From Escherichia coli (lineage in GTDB: Bacteria; Pseudomonadota; Gammaproteobacteria; Enterobacterales; Enterobacteriaceae): a DNA stretch of 64,000 nucleotides. Below, in pieces: positions 50,060 through 62,358 of this stretch. Every line of letters begins with the position of its first letter. Position 1 is the first letter of the stretch. The notes below the pieces were generated by a model. It saw nothing but the letters and a program-made list of their open reading frames with translations, searched no databases and was not told the origin of the DNA. The translations under genes were made by a program, and so were the position numbers. The DNA is taken from NCBI RefSeq assembly GCF_003334305.1, contig NZ_QOWS01000007.1. The stretch is one strand, 5' to 3'.

Positions 50060-52039
50060 TCAGTGAGATTTGACTGATTTTACCCCCAGCCAGTCAATAA
50101 TCCCCTGTGCCGCATGACGTCCTTCTGCCATTGCGGTAACCACCAGATCCGCACCACGCACGGCGTCGCCACCGGCGAAGATTTTCGGATTGGTGGTCTG
50201 GTAACGGTACTGGCTTTCCACATCCGCGATGATGCGGCCCCATTTGTCTACCGTTACACCGTGCGACTCCAGCCACGGCATCCCGTGTGGATTGAAGCCA
50301 AACGCCATAATCACCGCATCGGCTGGCATGACAAATTCACTGCCCTCAATCGGTACAGGTCGCCGACGCCCCTGGGCATCCGGCTCGCCAAGACGCGTGC
50401 GCAGGAAACGAATCCCGCAGACGTGACCTTGTTCATTCAGCTCAAGCGCCACCGGCTGGACGTTAAATTCGAAGTTGGCCCCCTCTTCGCGGGCGTTCCT
50501 CACCTCTTTCTTCGAGCCTGGCATGTTAGCTTCATCACGACGATAAGCGCAGGTGACGTTACTCGCGCCGTGGCGCAGCGCAGTACGCACACAGTCCATC
50601 GCGGTGTCGCCGCCGCCCAGTACCACGACGTTAAGTCCGGCGGTATTGATAAACGGCTCTTCCGGTAGCTCTTCGAGCCCCATCACCTGTTTAGTGTTGG
50701 CAATGAGGAACGGCAGCGCGTCATAAACGCCCGGCGCATCTTCATTGGGTAAACCCGCTTTCATGGAACGGTAAGTGCCTACGCCAACGAAGACCGCGTC
50801 GTATTGTTCCAAAAGCGAATCCAAAGAGACATCTTTACCCACTTCACAATTGAGTTCGAAGTGAATCCCCATCGCGCTGAAGATTTCCCGACGGCGTGCC
50901 AGCAGGGATTTATCCAGTTTGAAAGAAGGAATGCCGAAAGTGAGCAAGCCACCGATTTCTGGATGGCGATCGTACACCATCACCCCCACGCCATTGCGGG
51001 TCAGAACATCCGCACAGGCCAGCCCTGCCGGACCTGCACCGATAATCGCCACCCGCTTGTCCACTTTGGTGACATGGCTTAAGTCAGGACGCCAACCTTT
51101 CGCCAACGCCTGATCTGAAATGTAGCGTTCAATGTTGCCGATAGTTACCGCGCCGTGCTCATCGCGAATAGTACAGGCACCTTCACACAAACGGTCTTGC
51201 GGACAAACGCGTCCGGTAATTTCCGGCAGGGTGTTGGTCTGGTGAGAAAGCTCGACGGCGGCGTCGATGTTTCCGGCTTTCACCAGTTCAATCCACTGCG
51301 GTATATGGTTATGCAGCGGGCAGGTCCATTCACAAACGCTGTGCTCGCCGCACTTAAGGCAGCGCGAGGCTTCCCGTTGTGCCTGGTCGGCGCGAAATGG
51401 CAGATAAATTTCATCAAAACCGGTTTTGCGCGCTTCAATCGCCAGTTTATCCGGCTCGCCACGCGCGGGCGTTGCCTGCATTTGTTCGACTTTACTCATT
51501 ACCGGCATTTCTTGCGCCGCGGTACTGGCATGCCACGGTTGATGTTCCTGACGCGCGGTGCGCAAGCGGCGGGATTTCGCCATGCCGGAGAGTGCGACGT
51601 CAGTGACCAGTTGCAGCGCGTCCGCCGGGCAATTCTCAACACAGGCAGGACCGTTTTCGCGCCCCGCACAAAGGTCGCATTTATGCGCCGTGGCTTTTAC
51701 TTTTCCTGCCGCGACGGGTGTCAGGACGATTTGCATCGTACCAAAAGGACAGGCCACCACGCAGGATTTACAGCCAATACACTTTTGCTGATTGACCTGA
51801 ATGCTGTCATCAACGTGGCTGATTGCGCCATTAGGGCAGCTACGGGCGCAGGGCGCATCTTCACAATGGTGACAGGTCACTGCACTACGTTGCTGTTGAT
51901 GTTTGATAACCGTAATTCGGGGATGAAAATGGTGTTGGCTCAGGACATGTTGCTCATCATTGTGAGCCATGACACAGGCGATTTCACAAGCATGACAACC
52001 CAGACATTGCTGACTGTTGGCCATAATAAAACGATTCAT
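50060..52039 (-). CDS. aegA: Putative Fe-S / FAD-NAD(P) oxidoreductase (GltD-like)
   Basis: 659-aa ORF with multiple CxxCxxCxxxCP ferredoxin motifs and a pyridine-nucleotide-disulfide oxidoreductase domain; matches E. coli AegA. Confidence 0.94.
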   Translation of the reverse strand: MNRFIMANSQQCLGCHACEIACVMAHNDEQHVLSQHHFHPRITVIKHQQQRSAVTCHHCEDAPCARSCPNGAISHVDDSIQVNQQKCIGCKSCVVACPFGTMQIVLTPVAAGKVKATAHKCDLCAGRENGPACVENCPADALQLVTDVALSGMAKSRRLRTARQEHQPWHASTAAQEMPVMSKVEQMQATPARGEPDKLAIEARKTGFDEIYLPFRADQAQREASRCLKCGEHSVCEWTCPLHNHIPQWIELVKAGNIDAAVELSHQTNTLPEITGRVCPQDRLCEGACTIRDEHGAVTIGNIERYISDQALAKGWRPDLSHVTKVDKRVAIIGAGPAGLACADVLTRNGVGVMVYDRHPEIGGLLTFGIPSFKLDKSLLARRREIFSAMGIHFELNCEVGKDVSLDSLLEQYDAVFVGVGTYRSMKAGLPNEDAPGVYDALPFLIANTKQVMGLEELPEEPFINTAGLNVVVLGGGDTAMDCVRTALRHGASNVTCAYRRDEANMPGSKKEVRNAREEGANFEFNVQPVALELNEQGHVCGIRFLRTRLGEPDAQGRRRPVPIEGSEFVMPADAVIMAFGFNPHGMPWLESHGVTVDKWGRIIADVESQYRYQTTNPKIFAGGDAVRGADLVVTAMAEGRHAAQGIIDWLGVKSVKSH

Positions 52040-52244
52040 AACGACCTTCTTTTTTGGTTGTAAAAACCTTATTCTTTATATGAGTGTTGTTATTACCCGA
52101 CTTACAGGGGAATCGGCAATGTTCATGTGCCCAGAATAAGTAACTATTTCGCTATAAACTGTGGCAGATCAAATAATCCCATCACTGACTAAATTGTGTT
52201 TCAGCGAACTGGAACATTAATGATTTTTTGTGGAGAAGACGCGT
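52040..52244. promoter_or_regulatory. Divergent aegA / narQ promoter region
   Basis: 205-bp spacer between divergent genes. Confidence 0.4.
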
Positions 52245-53945
52245 GTGATTGTTAAACGACCCGTCTCGGCCAGTCTGGCCCGGGCCTTTTTTTACATTGT
52301 GCTGCTGTCGATTCTTTCCACGGGTATCGCTCTGCTAACTCTGGCGAGCAGTTTGCGCGACGCTGAGGCTATCAATATTGCCGGATCGCTGCGTATGCAG
52401 AGTTACCGCCTGGGCTACGACTTGCAAAGTGGCAGTCCACAACTCAATGCACATCGCCAGTTGTTTCAGCAGGCACTGCATTCACCGGTATTAACCAATC
52501 TCAACGTCTGGTATGTGCCAGAAGCAGTAAAAACTCGCTATGCGCATCTGAATGCCAACTGGCTGGAGATGAATAATCGGCTCAGCAAGGGCGATTTGCC
52601 GTGGTATCAGGCCAATATTAATAATTATGTTAATCAGATAGACCTGTTCGTGCTGGCTTTACAGCACTACGCTGAACGCAAAATGCTGCTGGTGGTGGCG
52701 ATTTCCCTGGCTGGCGGTATCGGTATTTTCACGCTGGTCTTTTTTACTTTGCGCCGCATACGCCATCAGGTGGTTGCCCCGCTGAATCAGCTGGTTACCG
52801 CCAGTCAGCGTATTGAACACGGACAGTTCGACTCGCCGCCGCTGGATACCAGTCTGCCGAATGAGCTTGGTCTGCTTGCAAAAACCTTTAACCAGATGTC
52901 GAGCGAGCTGCATAAATTGTACCTTTCGCTGGAGGCGTCAGTAGAAGAAAAGACCCGCGATCTCCACGAGGCCAAGCGTCGTCTGGAGGTGTTGTATCAA
53001 TGTTCCCAGGCGCTGAACACCAGCCAGATTGATGTGCATTGTTTCCGCCATATTTTGCAGATTGTTCGCGACAATGAAGCGGCTGAATATCTGGAGTTAA
53101 ATGTCGGTGAAAACTGGCGGATTAGCGAAGGGCAACCAAACCCGGAATTGCCGATGCAGATTTTACCGGTGACAATGCAAGAGACGGTTTACGGCGAACT
53201 GCACTGGCAAAATAGTCACGTTTCATCATCAGAACCGCTGCTTAACAGCGTTTCGTCGATGCTGGGACGCGGTTTGTACTTTAATCAGGCGCAGAAGCAT
53301 TTTCAGCAGTTATTGTTGATGGAAGAACGTGCAACCATCGCCCGCGAATTGCACGACTCGCTGGCTCAGGTACTTTCTTACTTACGTATCCAGTTGACGT
53401 TACTGAAGCGTTCGATACCGGAAGATAACGCCACCGCACAAAGTATCATGGCCGATTTTTCCCAGGCGTTGAATGATGCTTATCGGCAGTTACGCGAGCT
53501 GTTGACTACTTTCCGCCTGACGCTGCAGCAGGCGGATCTCCCCTCCGCGTTGAGGGAAATGCTGGATACGTTACAAAATCAAACCAGCGCCAAACTGACC
53601 CTCGACTGCCGTCTGCCAACCCTGGCGCTGGATGCGCAAATGCAGGTGCATTTGTTGCAAATTATTCGCGAAGCGGTGCTGAATGCGATGAAGCACGCCA
53701 ACGCCAGCGAAATCGCCGTCAGTTGCGTCACCGCGCCGGACGGCAATCACACGGTTTATATCCGTGATAACGGGATTGGCATCGGTGAACCGAAAGAGCC
53801 CGAAGGTCATTATGGTCTGAATATCATGCGCGAACGCGCGGAACGGCTGGGTGGGACGCTGACTTTTTCACAACCTTCCGGCGGCGGCACGTTAGTGAGT
53901 ATTAGCTTTCGCTCCGCGGAGGGTGAGGAAAGTCAGCTGATGTAA
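52245..53945 (+). CDS. narQ: Nitrate/nitrite sensor histidine kinase
   Basis: Two N-terminal TM helices, periplasmic P-box, HAMP, and H-box (ERATIARELHDSLAQ); GTG start at 52245 chosen to give the 566-aa MIVKRPVSASL product; a start 5 codons upstream is possible. Confidence 0.92.
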   Translation: MIVKRPVSASLARAFFYIVLLSILSTGIALLTLASSLRDAEAINIAGSLRMQSYRLGYDLQSGSPQLNAHRQLFQQALHSPVLTNLNVWYVPEAVKTRYAHLNANWLEMNNRLSKGDLPWYQANINNYVNQIDLFVLALQHYAERKMLLVVAISLAGGIGIFTLVFFTLRRIRHQVVAPLNQLVTASQRIEHGQFDSPPLDTSLPNELGLLAKTFNQMSSELHKLYLSLEASVEEKTRDLHEAKRRLEVLYQCSQALNTSQIDVHCFRHILQIVRDNEAAEYLELNVGENWRISEGQPNPELPMQILPVTMQETVYGELHWQNSHVSSSEPLLNSVSSMLGRGLYFNQAQKHFQQLLLMEERATIARELHDSLAQVLSYLRIQLTLLKRSIPEDNATAQSIMADFSQALNDAYRQLRELLTTFRLTLQQADLPSALREMLDTLQNQTSAKLTLDCRLPTLALDAQMQVHLLQIIREAVLNAMKHANASEIAVSCVTAPDGNHTVYIRDNGIGIGEPKEPEGHYGLNIMRERAERLGGTLTFSQPSGGGTLVSISFRSAEGEESQLM

Positions 53946-54108
53946 TGCCTCCTACTGACCAAAGAATACTTGCACTTAAGGTTCAGTATAAAAGGGCATG
54001 ATAATTTACATTAACTCCTTTTTTTCTCCACGATTGGCTCGTACCTTGCCGCTACAGTGAAGCAAGTCAAGCCTACAACGATACGCAGAAACACGAGGTC
54101 CTCTTTTA
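53946..54108 (+). promoter_or_regulatory. acrD promoter region (BaeR/CpxR-regulated in E. coli)
   Basis: 163-bp spacer upstream of acrD; regulation is from established knowledge, sites not resolved. Confidence 0.4.
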
Positions 54109-57100
54109 ATGGCGAATTTCTTTATTGATCGCCCCATTTTTGCCTGGGTGCTGGCAATCCTGTTGTGTCTGACAGGTACCCTGGCGATTTTCTCATTGCC
54201 CGTTGAACAATACCCCGATCTCGCGCCACCGAATGTGCGAGTGACCGCTAACTATCCCGGCGCATCGGCCCAGACGCTGGAAAACACCGTGACCCAGGTT
54301 ATCGAGCAAAATATGACCGGCCTCGATAATCTCATGTATATGTCATCTCAGAGCAGTGGCACCGGTCAGGCATCTGTCACTTTAAGTTTTAAAGCAGGCA
54401 CCGATCCGGACGAAGCCGTGCAGCAAGTACAAAACCAGCTGCAATCAGCCATGCGAAAGTTACCGCAGGCGGTGCAAAATCAGGGCGTGACGGTGCGTAA
54501 AACCGGCGATACCAATATTCTGACCATTGCTTTCGTCTCTACCGATGGTTCGATGGATAAACAGGATATTGCCGATTATGTTGCCAGTAATATTCAGGAC
54601 CCGTTAAGCCGCGTGAATGGCGTCGGGGATATCGATGCCTATGGTTCGCAATATTCCATGCGTATCTGGCTGGACCCGGCGAAACTCAACAGTTTCCAGA
54701 TGACGGCTAAAGATGTCACTGATGCCATTGAGTCACAGAACGCGCAGATTGCGGTTGGGCAACTTGGTGGTACACCTTCCGTCGATAAGCAGGCGCTCAA
54801 CGCCACCATTAACGCCCAGTCACTGCTGCAAACACCAGAACAGTTCCGCGATATCACCTTGCGGGTGAATCAAGACGGCTCAGAGGTAAGGCTGGGCGAT
54901 GTCGCCACCGTCGAAATGGGGGCGGAGAAATACGATTATCTTAGCCGCTTCAATGGTAAGCCAGCCTCCGGGCTGGGGGTAAAACTGGCCTCCGGCGCAA
55001 ACGAAATGGCGACAGCGGAGCTGGTGCTCAATCGTCTCGACGAGCTGGCGCAGTACTTCCCGCACGGACTGGAATACAAGGTGGCGTATGAAACCACCTC
55101 GTTTGTTAAAGCCTCCATTGAAGACGTGGTGAAAACGCTGCTGGAAGCTATCGCTCTGGTTTTCCTCGTTATGTATCTGTTCCTGCAAAACTTCCGCGCC
55201 ACGCTGATACCCACTATCGCCGTGCCGGTGGTGTTGATGGGAACCTTCTCCGTACTTTACGCCTTTGGTTACAGCGTCAACACCTTAACCATGTTCGCGA
55301 TGGTGCTGGCGATCGGTCTGCTGGTGGATGACGCCATCGTGGTGGTGGAAAACGTCGAACGTATTATGAGTGAGGAAGGACTCACTCCTCGCGAAGCCAC
55401 ACGTAAATCGATGGGGCAGATCCAGGGGGCACTGGTCGGGATTGCGATGGTTCTTTCGGCGGTATTTGTACCAATGGCCTTCTTCGGCGGCACCACCGGT
55501 GCCATCTATCGCCAGTTCTCTATTACCATTGTTGCGGCGATGGTGCTGTCAGTACTGGTAGCGATGATCCTCACTCCGGCTCTGTGTGCCACACTACTTA
55601 AGCCACTGAAAAAAGGTGAGCATCACGGGCAAAAAGGCTTTTTTGCCTGGTTTAACCAGATGTTTAACCGCAACGCCGAACGCTACGAAAAAGGGGTGGC
55701 GAAAATTCTCCACCGTAGCCTGCGCTGGATTGTGATTTATGTCCTGCTGCTTGGCGGCATGGTGTTCCTGTTCCTGCGTTTGCCGACGTCGTTCTTACCG
55801 CTGGAAGACCGTGGCATGTTTACTACCTCGGTACAATTGCCCAGCGGTTCAACCCAACAACAGACCCTGAAAGTCGTTGAGCAAATCGAGAAATATTACT
55901 TCACCCATGAAAAAGACAACATCATGTCGGTGTTTGCCACTGTTGGTTCTGGCCCCGGGGGTAACGGGCAAAACGTGGCGCGAATGTTTATCCGCCTGAA
56001 AGACTGGAGCGAACGCGACAGTAAGACCGGCACCTCGTTTGCCATTATCGAGCGTGCAACAAAGGCGTTTAACAAGATTAAAGAAGCTCGCGTTATCGCC
56101 AGCAGCCCGCCAGCAATTAGCGGTCTTGGTAGTTCTGCGGGTTTTGATATGGAGTTGCAGGACCACGCTGGAGCAGGTCACGATGCGCTGATGGCAGCAC
56201 GTAACCAGTTGCTGGCGCTGGCGGCGGAAAACCCGGAGCTAACCCGTGTGCGCCATAACGGCCTCGACGACAGTCCGCAGTTGCAGATTGATATCGACCA
56301 GCGTAAAGCTCAGGCGCTGGGCGTTGATATCGACGATATTAACGACACACTGCAAACCGCCTGGGGTTCGAGCTATGTTAATGACTTTATGGATCGCGGT
56401 CGCGTGAAGAAAGTCTATGTGCAGGCAGCTGCGCCGTATCGCATGCTGCCAGATGACATTAATCTCTGGTATGTCCGAAATAAAGATGGCGGCATGGTGC
56501 CCTTCTCTGCTTTCGCGACCTCACGCTGGGAGACAGGCTCGCCGCGTCTGGAACGCTATAACGGTTATTCTGCGGTTGAGATTGTTGGGGAAGCCGCACC
56601 GGGGGTCAGTACCGGTACGGCGATGGATATTATGGAATCGTTAGTGAAGCAGTTGCCAAACGGCTTTGGTCTGGAGTGGACGGCGATGTCGTATCAGGAG
56701 CGGCTTTCCGGCGCGCAGGCTCCGGCGCTGTACGCCATTTCCTTGCTGGTAGTATTCCTGTGTCTGGCGGCATTGTATGAAAGCTGGTCGGTACCGTTCT
56801 CGGTAATGCTGGTCGTGCCGCTGGGGGTTATCGGCGCGCTGCTGGCAACCTGGATGCGCGGGCTGGAAAACGACGTTTACTTCCAGGTGGGCCTGTTAAC
56901 GGTCATTGGTTTATCGGCGAAAAACGCCATCCTGATCGTCGAGTTTGCTAACGAGATGAACCAAAAAGGCCACGACCTGTTTGAAGCGACGCTCCACGCC
57001 TGCCGTCAGCGTTTACGCCCGATTCTGATGACCTCGCTGGCATTTATCTTCGGCGTATTGCCAATGGCAACCAGCACGGGTGCCGGTTCCGGTGGTCAGC

Positions 57101-57222
57101 ATGCGGTGGGTACTGGCGTAATGGGCGGGATGATTTCAGCTACTATTCTGGCTATTTACTTCGTGCCGCTGTTCTTTGTGCTGGTGCGCCGCCGCTTCCC
57201 GCTGAAGCCGCGCCCGGAATAA
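54109..57222 (+). CDS. acrD: RND-family aminoglycoside/multidrug efflux pump
   Basis: 1037-aa 12-TM RND transporter matching E. coli AcrD. Confidence 0.97.
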   Translation: MANFFIDRPIFAWVLAILLCLTGTLAIFSLPVEQYPDLAPPNVRVTANYPGASAQTLENTVTQVIEQNMTGLDNLMYMSSQSSGTGQASVTLSFKAGTDPDEAVQQVQNQLQSAMRKLPQAVQNQGVTVRKTGDTNILTIAFVSTDGSMDKQDIADYVASNIQDPLSRVNGVGDIDAYGSQYSMRIWLDPAKLNSFQMTAKDVTDAIESQNAQIAVGQLGGTPSVDKQALNATINAQSLLQTPEQFRDITLRVNQDGSEVRLGDVATVEMGAEKYDYLSRFNGKPASGLGVKLASGANEMATAELVLNRLDELAQYFPHGLEYKVAYETTSFVKASIEDVVKTLLEAIALVFLVMYLFLQNFRATLIPTIAVPVVLMGTFSVLYAFGYSVNTLTMFAMVLAIGLLVDDAIVVVENVERIMSEEGLTPREATRKSMGQIQGALVGIAMVLSAVFVPMAFFGGTTGAIYRQFSITIVAAMVLSVLVAMILTPALCATLLKPLKKGEHHGQKGFFAWFNQMFNRNAERYEKGVAKILHRSLRWIVIYVLLLGGMVFLFLRLPTSFLPLEDRGMFTTSVQLPSGSTQQQTLKVVEQIEKYYFTHEKDNIMSVFATVGSGPGGNGQNVARMFIRLKDWSERDSKTGTSFAIIERATKAFNKIKEARVIASSPPAISGLGSSAGFDMELQDHAGAGHDALMAARNQLLALAAENPELTRVRHNGLDDSPQLQIDIDQRKAQALGVDIDDINDTLQTAWGSSYVNDFMDRGRVKKVYVQAAAPYRMLPDDINLWYVRNKDGGMVPFSAFATSRWETGSPRLERYNGYSAVEIVGEAAPGVSTGTAMDIMESLVKQLPNGFGLEWTAMSYQERLSGAQAPALYAISLLVVFLCLAALYESWSVPFSVMLVVPLGVIGALLATWMRGLENDVYFQVGLLTVIGLSAKNAILIVEFANEMNQKGHDLFEATLHACRQRLRPILMTSLAFIFGVLPMATSTGAGSGGQHAVGTGVMGGMISATILAIYFVPLFFVLVRRRFPLKPRPE

Positions 57223-57227
57223 GCAAT

Positions 57228-57261
57228 AAAAAAGGCGACATGCCAATGTGTCGCCTTTTTC
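57228..57261. terminator. Rho-independent terminator after acrD (bidirectional potential)
   Basis: A-tract, 7-bp stem ggcgaca/tgtcgcc with 8-nt loop, TTTTT, 6 nt after the acrD stop. Confidence 0.85.
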
Positions 57262-57320
57262 AACTTTCCGATTAAGAACCTGCTCAGCGGGTTCTTGCTG
57301 TTTATACTTTGTCTCGGGAA

Positions 57321-57380
57321 TTACTTACGAAGCATAACTTCGATAAAGTCTTTCCAGTTCCCCAGTTCACGTTCAATCAT
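57321..57380 (-). CDS. ypfM: Small protein YpfM (19 aa)
   Basis: My own translation of the minus strand gives MIERELGNWKDFIEVMLRK with GAGAGG RBS; matches the known E. coli small protein; not in the ORF track because of its size. Confidence 0.8.
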   Translation of the reverse strand: MIERELGNWKDFIEVMLRK

Positions 57381-57742
57381 AACAACCTCTCTTATAATTA
57401 TGGGTATTCTACGGAAACAATATACCGTGGTGAAGCTAATTTACTCGATTGCTGCGATGACTACCTCCGGGGGACAAACCTTATGTAAATACTATGGTCC
57501 TGCGGTGATAATTTGTATGTGATACACAGCAACATTTCGAGATATTCATACGGCATCTAATACTGATTTAATTCTGGTTAAAATACAGACAGATAACAAG
57601 ATGAATATTCTTAATGTTTACGTTAAAAATGTTTAATATTATTTAATAGTTGTTAATTTGAATACTTCGATAATGTTATATTTCCTGATAATCATTTGCA
57701 GGCAAAATGTTTTCACCCTTAAATGAGTATTTATTCTCATAA

Positions 57743-58117
<375 letters not shown>

Positions 58118-58120
58118 TCT

Positions 58121-59248
58121 ATGTCGTGCCCGGTTATTGAGCTGACACAACAGCTTATTCGCCGCCCTTCCCTGAGTCCTGATGACGCAGGATGCCAGGC
58201 TTTGTTGATTGAACGTTTGCAGGCGATCGGTTTTACCGTTGAACGCATGGACTTTGCCGATACGCAGAATTTTTGGGCATGGCGTGGGCAGGGTGAAACG
58301 TTAGCCTTTGCCGGGCATACCGACGTGGTGCCGCCTGGCGACGCCGATCGTTGGATCAATCCGCCGTTTGAACCAACCATTCGTGACGGCATGTTATTCG
58401 GGCGCGGTGCGGCAGATATGAAAGGCTCGCTGGCGGCGATGGTGGTAGCGGCAGAACGTTTTGTCGCACAACATCCCAACCATACGGGGCGACTGGCATT
58501 TCTGATCACTTCTGATGAAGAAGCTAGTGCCCACAACGGTACGGTAAAAGTCGTCGAAGCGTTAATGTCGCGTAATGAGCGTCTCGATTACTGCCTGGTC
58601 GGCGAACCGTCGAGTATCGAAGTGGTTGGTGATGTGGTGAAAAATGGTCGTCGCGGATCGTTAACCTGCAACCTTACCATTCATGGCGTTCAGGGGCATG
58701 TGGCCTACCCGCATCTGGCTGACAATCCAGTACATCGCGCAGCACCTTTCCTTAATGAATTAGTGGCTATTGAGTGGGATCAGGGCAATGAATTTTTCCC
58801 GGCGACCAGTATGCAGATTGCTAATATTCAGGCGGGAACGGGCAGTAACAACGTTATTCCGGGTGAACTGTTTGTGCAGTTTAACTTCCGCTTCAGCACC
58901 GAACTGACTGATGAGATGATCAAAGCGCAGGTGCTTGCCCTGCTTGAAAAACATCAACTGCGTTATACGGTGGACTGGTGGCTTTCCGGGCAGCCATTTT
59001 TGACCGCGCGCGGTAAACTGGTGGATGCGGTCGTTAACGCGGTTGAGCACTATAATGAAATTAAACCGCAGCTACTGACCACAGGCGGAACGTCCGACGG
59101 GCGCTTTATTGCCCGCATGGGGGCGCAGGTGGTGGAACTCGGGCCGGTCAATGCCACTATTCATAAAATTAATGAATGTGTGAACGCTGCCGACCTGCAG
59201 CTACTTGCCCGTATGTATCAACGTATCATGGAACAGCTCGTCGCGTGA
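58121..59248 (+). CDS. dapE: Succinyl-diaminopimelate desuccinylase
   Basis: 375-aa M20 metallopeptidase-family ORF matching E. coli DapE. Confidence 0.97.
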   Translation: MSCPVIELTQQLIRRPSLSPDDAGCQALLIERLQAIGFTVERMDFADTQNFWAWRGQGETLAFAGHTDVVPPGDADRWINPPFEPTIRDGMLFGRGAADMKGSLAAMVVAAERFVAQHPNHTGRLAFLITSDEEASAHNGTVKVVEALMSRNERLDYCLVGEPSSIEVVGDVVKNGRRGSLTCNLTIHGVQGHVAYPHLADNPVHRAAPFLNELVAIEWDQGNEFFPATSMQIANIQAGTGSNNVIPGELFVQFNFRFSTELTDEMIKAQVLALLEKHQLRYTVDWWLSGQPFLTARGKLVDAVVNAVEHYNEIKPQLLTTGGTSDGRFIARMGAQVVELGPVNATIHKINECVNAADLQLLARMYQRIMEQLVA

Positions 59249-59275
59249 TGAGTGGTTCTGCAAGAGGAAATAAGC

Positions 59276-59476
59276 ATGGACTGGCTGGCTAAATATTGGT
59301 GGATTCTGGTGATTGTCTTTTTGGTAGGCGTCCTGCTGAACGTGATTAAAGATCTCAAGCGCGTCGACCATAAGAAATTTCTCGCCAACAAGCCGGAGCT
59401 TCCCCCGCATCGTGATTTCAACGATAAGTGGGACGATGACGACGACTGGCCGAAAAAGGATCAACCGAAGAAGTAA
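59276..59476 (+). CDS. ypfN: Small membrane protein (UPF0370)
   Basis: 66-aa ORF from [21 protein letters not shown] with one TM helix and an acidic tail; matches E. coli YpfN. Confidence 0.85.
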
Positions 59477-59482
59477 GCTGAG

Positions 59483-59548
59483 TGGCCGGATAAGGCGTTC
59501 ACGCCACATCCGGCCATGATGCCTGATACAGTCTTATCAGGCCTACCC
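59483..59548. repeat. REP element pair
   Basis: ggccggataaggcgttcacgccacatccggcc and gcctgatacagtcttatcaggcctac palindromic units between ypfN and ypfH. Confidence 0.8.
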
Positions 59549-59556
59549 GGCTATTA

Positions 59557-60255
59557 TTACATCATTTCAATCACATCATCATCGCCAGGCTTACCGCCAC
59601 TTAGCGCTTCGTCGAAATAATGTTTCGGAATGGTATAACGCAAGTGATCCAGGGCAAATTGCATACTGCGATTGTCGATCGCATGGCCTAAATCCTCCAC
59701 GATATCCAGCGTCACGTCACCACCGGCACTGATTAACGCTTCCTGCGCCGCAACCGCATGCGCCAGATCGATAACCGGATCTTCACCGCCATGAATCAGG
59801 TGAATTGTCGTGGCTGTAGACGCAGTTTCCGGCAGGCTCGCATAGCGTCCGTTAAAAGCAATGACGCGTGAAGCAAGGCCCGGTTCGGCTTTAATGCTCT
59901 CCAGCGCCATAATCGCGCCTTGAGAGAAACCGATTAACGCCGTGGCGTTAGCCCCTACTCCGCTCTGTTTCTGCCAGTAGCGCACCGTCTCAATAAACGT
60001 CGGCATGATGGCATCCACACGCGCCTGGCGATTATCTTCCGTAATACCCTGCACTGAAAACCACTGACGCCCCGCCGGATTACCGCTCGGCTCCGCGCCA
60101 CCGACACTCACCACCAGCGCATCAGGAAACAGCGGTGCAAACCAGCTACCTATTTCCCCCATTGCCACCGGGTTATCCCCGACACCGTGGAAAAGCAGTA
60201 ACAACTGTTGCGCAGGTTTATCCGGGCTTTGAACAACAAAATGGTCATGTTTCAT
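59557..60255 (-). CDS. ypfH: Esterase (alpha/beta hydrolase, phospholipase/carboxylesterase family)
   Basis: 232-aa ORF from MKHDHFVVQSP with GFSQG nucleophile elbow; the track's 8-codon extension is rejected. Confidence 0.92.
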   Translation of the reverse strand: MKHDHFVVQSPDKPAQQLLLLFHGVGDNPVAMGEIGSWFAPLFPDALVVSVGGAEPSGNPAGRQWFSVQGITEDNRQARVDAIMPTFIETVRYWQKQSGVGANATALIGFSQGAIMALESIKAEPGLASRVIAFNGRYASLPETASTATTIHLIHGGEDPVIDLAHAVAAQEALISAGGDVTLDIVEDLGHAIDNRSMQFALDHLRYTIPKHYFDEALSGGKPGDDDVIEMM

Positions 60256-60328
60256 GGCGAACTCCTTAACTGATGTCATTAATTTTACGCCGCTGACTCA
60301 CAATGACCATGGGAGAAAATTGAAGGAG

Positions 60329-62344
60329 TCAGTGAAAAAATTGCCATTGCGTTATGCGATCGCGCAGACGCTCAGTGCGAACATCATTAAGTGCGAACAG
60401 CGCCTGCGCGGCCTCTTCCCGCTGACGGACCAGTAACATCTTGCGGCCTGAAAGTTTAAGTGTGGTACATAACTGCGCGTCGCTGACGTTTTTCTGTAAA
60501 CGCCCACGCAGCGCCGGTAATGCCAGTTCACTGGTTTGTAGCAGACGCAATAAGCAACCTAACGATGTTAATAGCGGACGATGAGCGAAAGCAAAACCGG
60601 CCAGTTCAAGCCAGTCGTCGTCAGAAAGGACGGCATCGTTTAGTGGATCAACAGGAAGCGTTTCGCCATTCCACTTTGCGAGAGCTTGCGCATCGCGACG
60701 TAAACGGTAATGCTCACGTTCAGCCAGTTGTTTACCCGCATTACTCATCGGTAACAGCGCCATCGCCGTATAGCAACCGCTGCTGGCTTCACGATGATTA
60801 CCCATCCGCACCAGCACAAAACCGCAGCGGTGCCAGAAACGCCATAACTCCCCGGTGTAACCAAAACTCACCGAAAGATAGTCGAGGTCACGCGTATATT
60901 GCAAAGCACCAGCAATAAGTTGCTGCCCTGTGCCTTCCCGCTGACGCGCCGGATGAACTGCTATCCGGCTGACCCGCCGTCCACGCAATGTCGCTGCCAG
61001 TGGATTGCTACCGTGCGCCGCCAGCGACTGGGCCACCAGATTACCCCGCGGGCGACGAAAACCTGCCCATACCGCCTGACTGAGTTGTTGAGATAATCCC
61101 CCCTCATCCACCAGCCACAGCGCTCCGGCAATCTCGTTTTCGCCAGCCGCCTGTAAAAAATGTTGCCCTGGTGCATCCATCATCCGGCGTAAATCCAGCG
61201 GCGAAGTCCGGTAGTGCGCACCAGACAATAACTGATAAACCTTTAACGGCGTTTCTGGCTCGCTTCGCCATAACGTTTGTTCAAATGCGGAAATGACGAT
61301 ATTGCCTTGTGGTGTATGGGTGAAGTTTTCATCGTCAAAAACCAGTGCCTCACTAACCATTTTTTCCAGCGGGCATCCCTGTGCCCAGCGGATCGGCTGT
61401 TGCAGTTCAAAACGGTGTAAATGCGGAAAGCGAGCGCAAAATTTCAGCAAAAAACCACGTCCGGTGCCTTCGTAGCCCTGCACCGTAGTGGTTAACAACG
61501 TTCGAGGAAAACGCGATACCAGTTGATGCAACAACGGCGCAGGTATGGCTGCGGCTTCGTCGACCACCAGCCAGTCGGCTTGCTCATCGCTGGCTAACAA
61601 GGCATCCGGTGCAATAAAGCGAAACTTCTCGCCCGCAAATTGTGCCAGTACATCCGTTGCCGCTTTTGCGGGCGCGGTGACAATCGCACTGCCCGCAATA
61701 CGAGAAATGAGTTGCCCTGCCAACGCCGACTTACCGCGCCCACGCGCAGCCGTTACCGCTGCCACGCCCGGAGGCATGGTCAGTAGCTGCTGTAAGAGTT
61801 GCTGTTGTTCTGGTTGTGGTGCGCCGGTCGCGGGGTGCCAGTCAGTACGGGGAGTAAAATGCGCCAACGAGAACGGCTGGTTTTGCCGCCAGAGGATAGC
61901 GTCGTTATCCGCCGTAAGTACGCGTTTGAGATGCTGGACAAAATGCGGCGTCGCAATAGGGTCAGGGCAATCACTCCAGCGCAGCGAATCGGCATCAGGT
62001 TGGTTTTCCCACTCTTCCCATACAGGGAGTAACAAAACCAGCCAGCTTCCCGCTTTCAACGTTCCGCTAAGTGCTGCAAAGGCAGCGGCATCAAAGCCGT
62101 GGCGGGCGTCGAATACCGCATGCCGGAACTCGCGCCCAAGTAAAGTTTGTAGCGCCGAGGGTGAACAGTGGTTTTCAGCATCTGGCTGCGGCGAAATCCA
62201 CAGCCAGTCGCCAGGTAAGGCATCACGCAACTTAAGCGCATGATCAAAACACCAACCCTCTTCCCCGCTCAACACCAGCAAGCGGCGGATCCCTTCACGT
62301 TTCATTTGCGCTGTTAATGTGTGAAGCGCAGTCAGTTCAGCCAT
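60329..62344 (-). CDS. tmcA: tRNA(Met) cytidine acetyltransferase
   Basis: 671-aa ORF with helicase-like Walker A (ARGRGKSAL) and C-terminal GNAT domain; matches E. coli TmcA (YpfI). Confidence 0.95.
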   Translation of the reverse strand: MAELTALHTLTAQMKREGIRRLLVLSGEEGWCFDHALKLRDALPGDWLWISPQPDAENHCSPSALQTLLGREFRHAVFDARHGFDAAAFAALSGTLKAGSWLVLLLPVWEEWENQPDADSLRWSDCPDPIATPHFVQHLKRVLTADNDAILWRQNQPFSLAHFTPRTDWHPATGAPQPEQQQLLQQLLTMPPGVAAVTAARGRGKSALAGQLISRIAGSAIVTAPAKAATDVLAQFAGEKFRFIAPDALLASDEQADWLVVDEAAAIPAPLLHQLVSRFPRTLLTTTVQGYEGTGRGFLLKFCARFPHLHRFELQQPIRWAQGCPLEKMVSEALVFDDENFTHTPQGNIVISAFEQTLWRSEPETPLKVYQLLSGAHYRTSPLDLRRMMDAPGQHFLQAAGENEIAGALWLVDEGGLSQQLSQAVWAGFRRPRGNLVAQSLAAHGSNPLAATLRGRRVSRIAVHPARQREGTGQQLIAGALQYTRDLDYLSVSFGYTGELWRFWHRCGFVLVRMGNHREASSGCYTAMALLPMSNAGKQLAEREHYRLRRDAQALAKWNGETLPVDPLNDAVLSDDDWLELAGFAFAHRPLLTSLGCLLRLLQTSELALPALRGRLQKNVSDAQLCTTLKLSGRKMLLVRQREEAAQALFALNDVRTERLRDRITQWQFFH

Positions 62345-62358
62345 CCCTGCCCCGGAAG

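Noticed and set aside
57274-57296. Second hairpin (aagaacc / ggttctt) after the acrD terminator
   Set aside because: It could terminate ypfM or add to acrD termination, but the loop is long (9 nt) and there is no clear U-tract on the ypfM sense strand; too weak to annotate.
57295-57522. 75-aa plus-strand ORF in the acrD-yffB spacer
   Set aside because: It overlaps the minus-strand small gene ypfM, has no credible RBS, and lies in AT-rich DNA where random ORFs are common.
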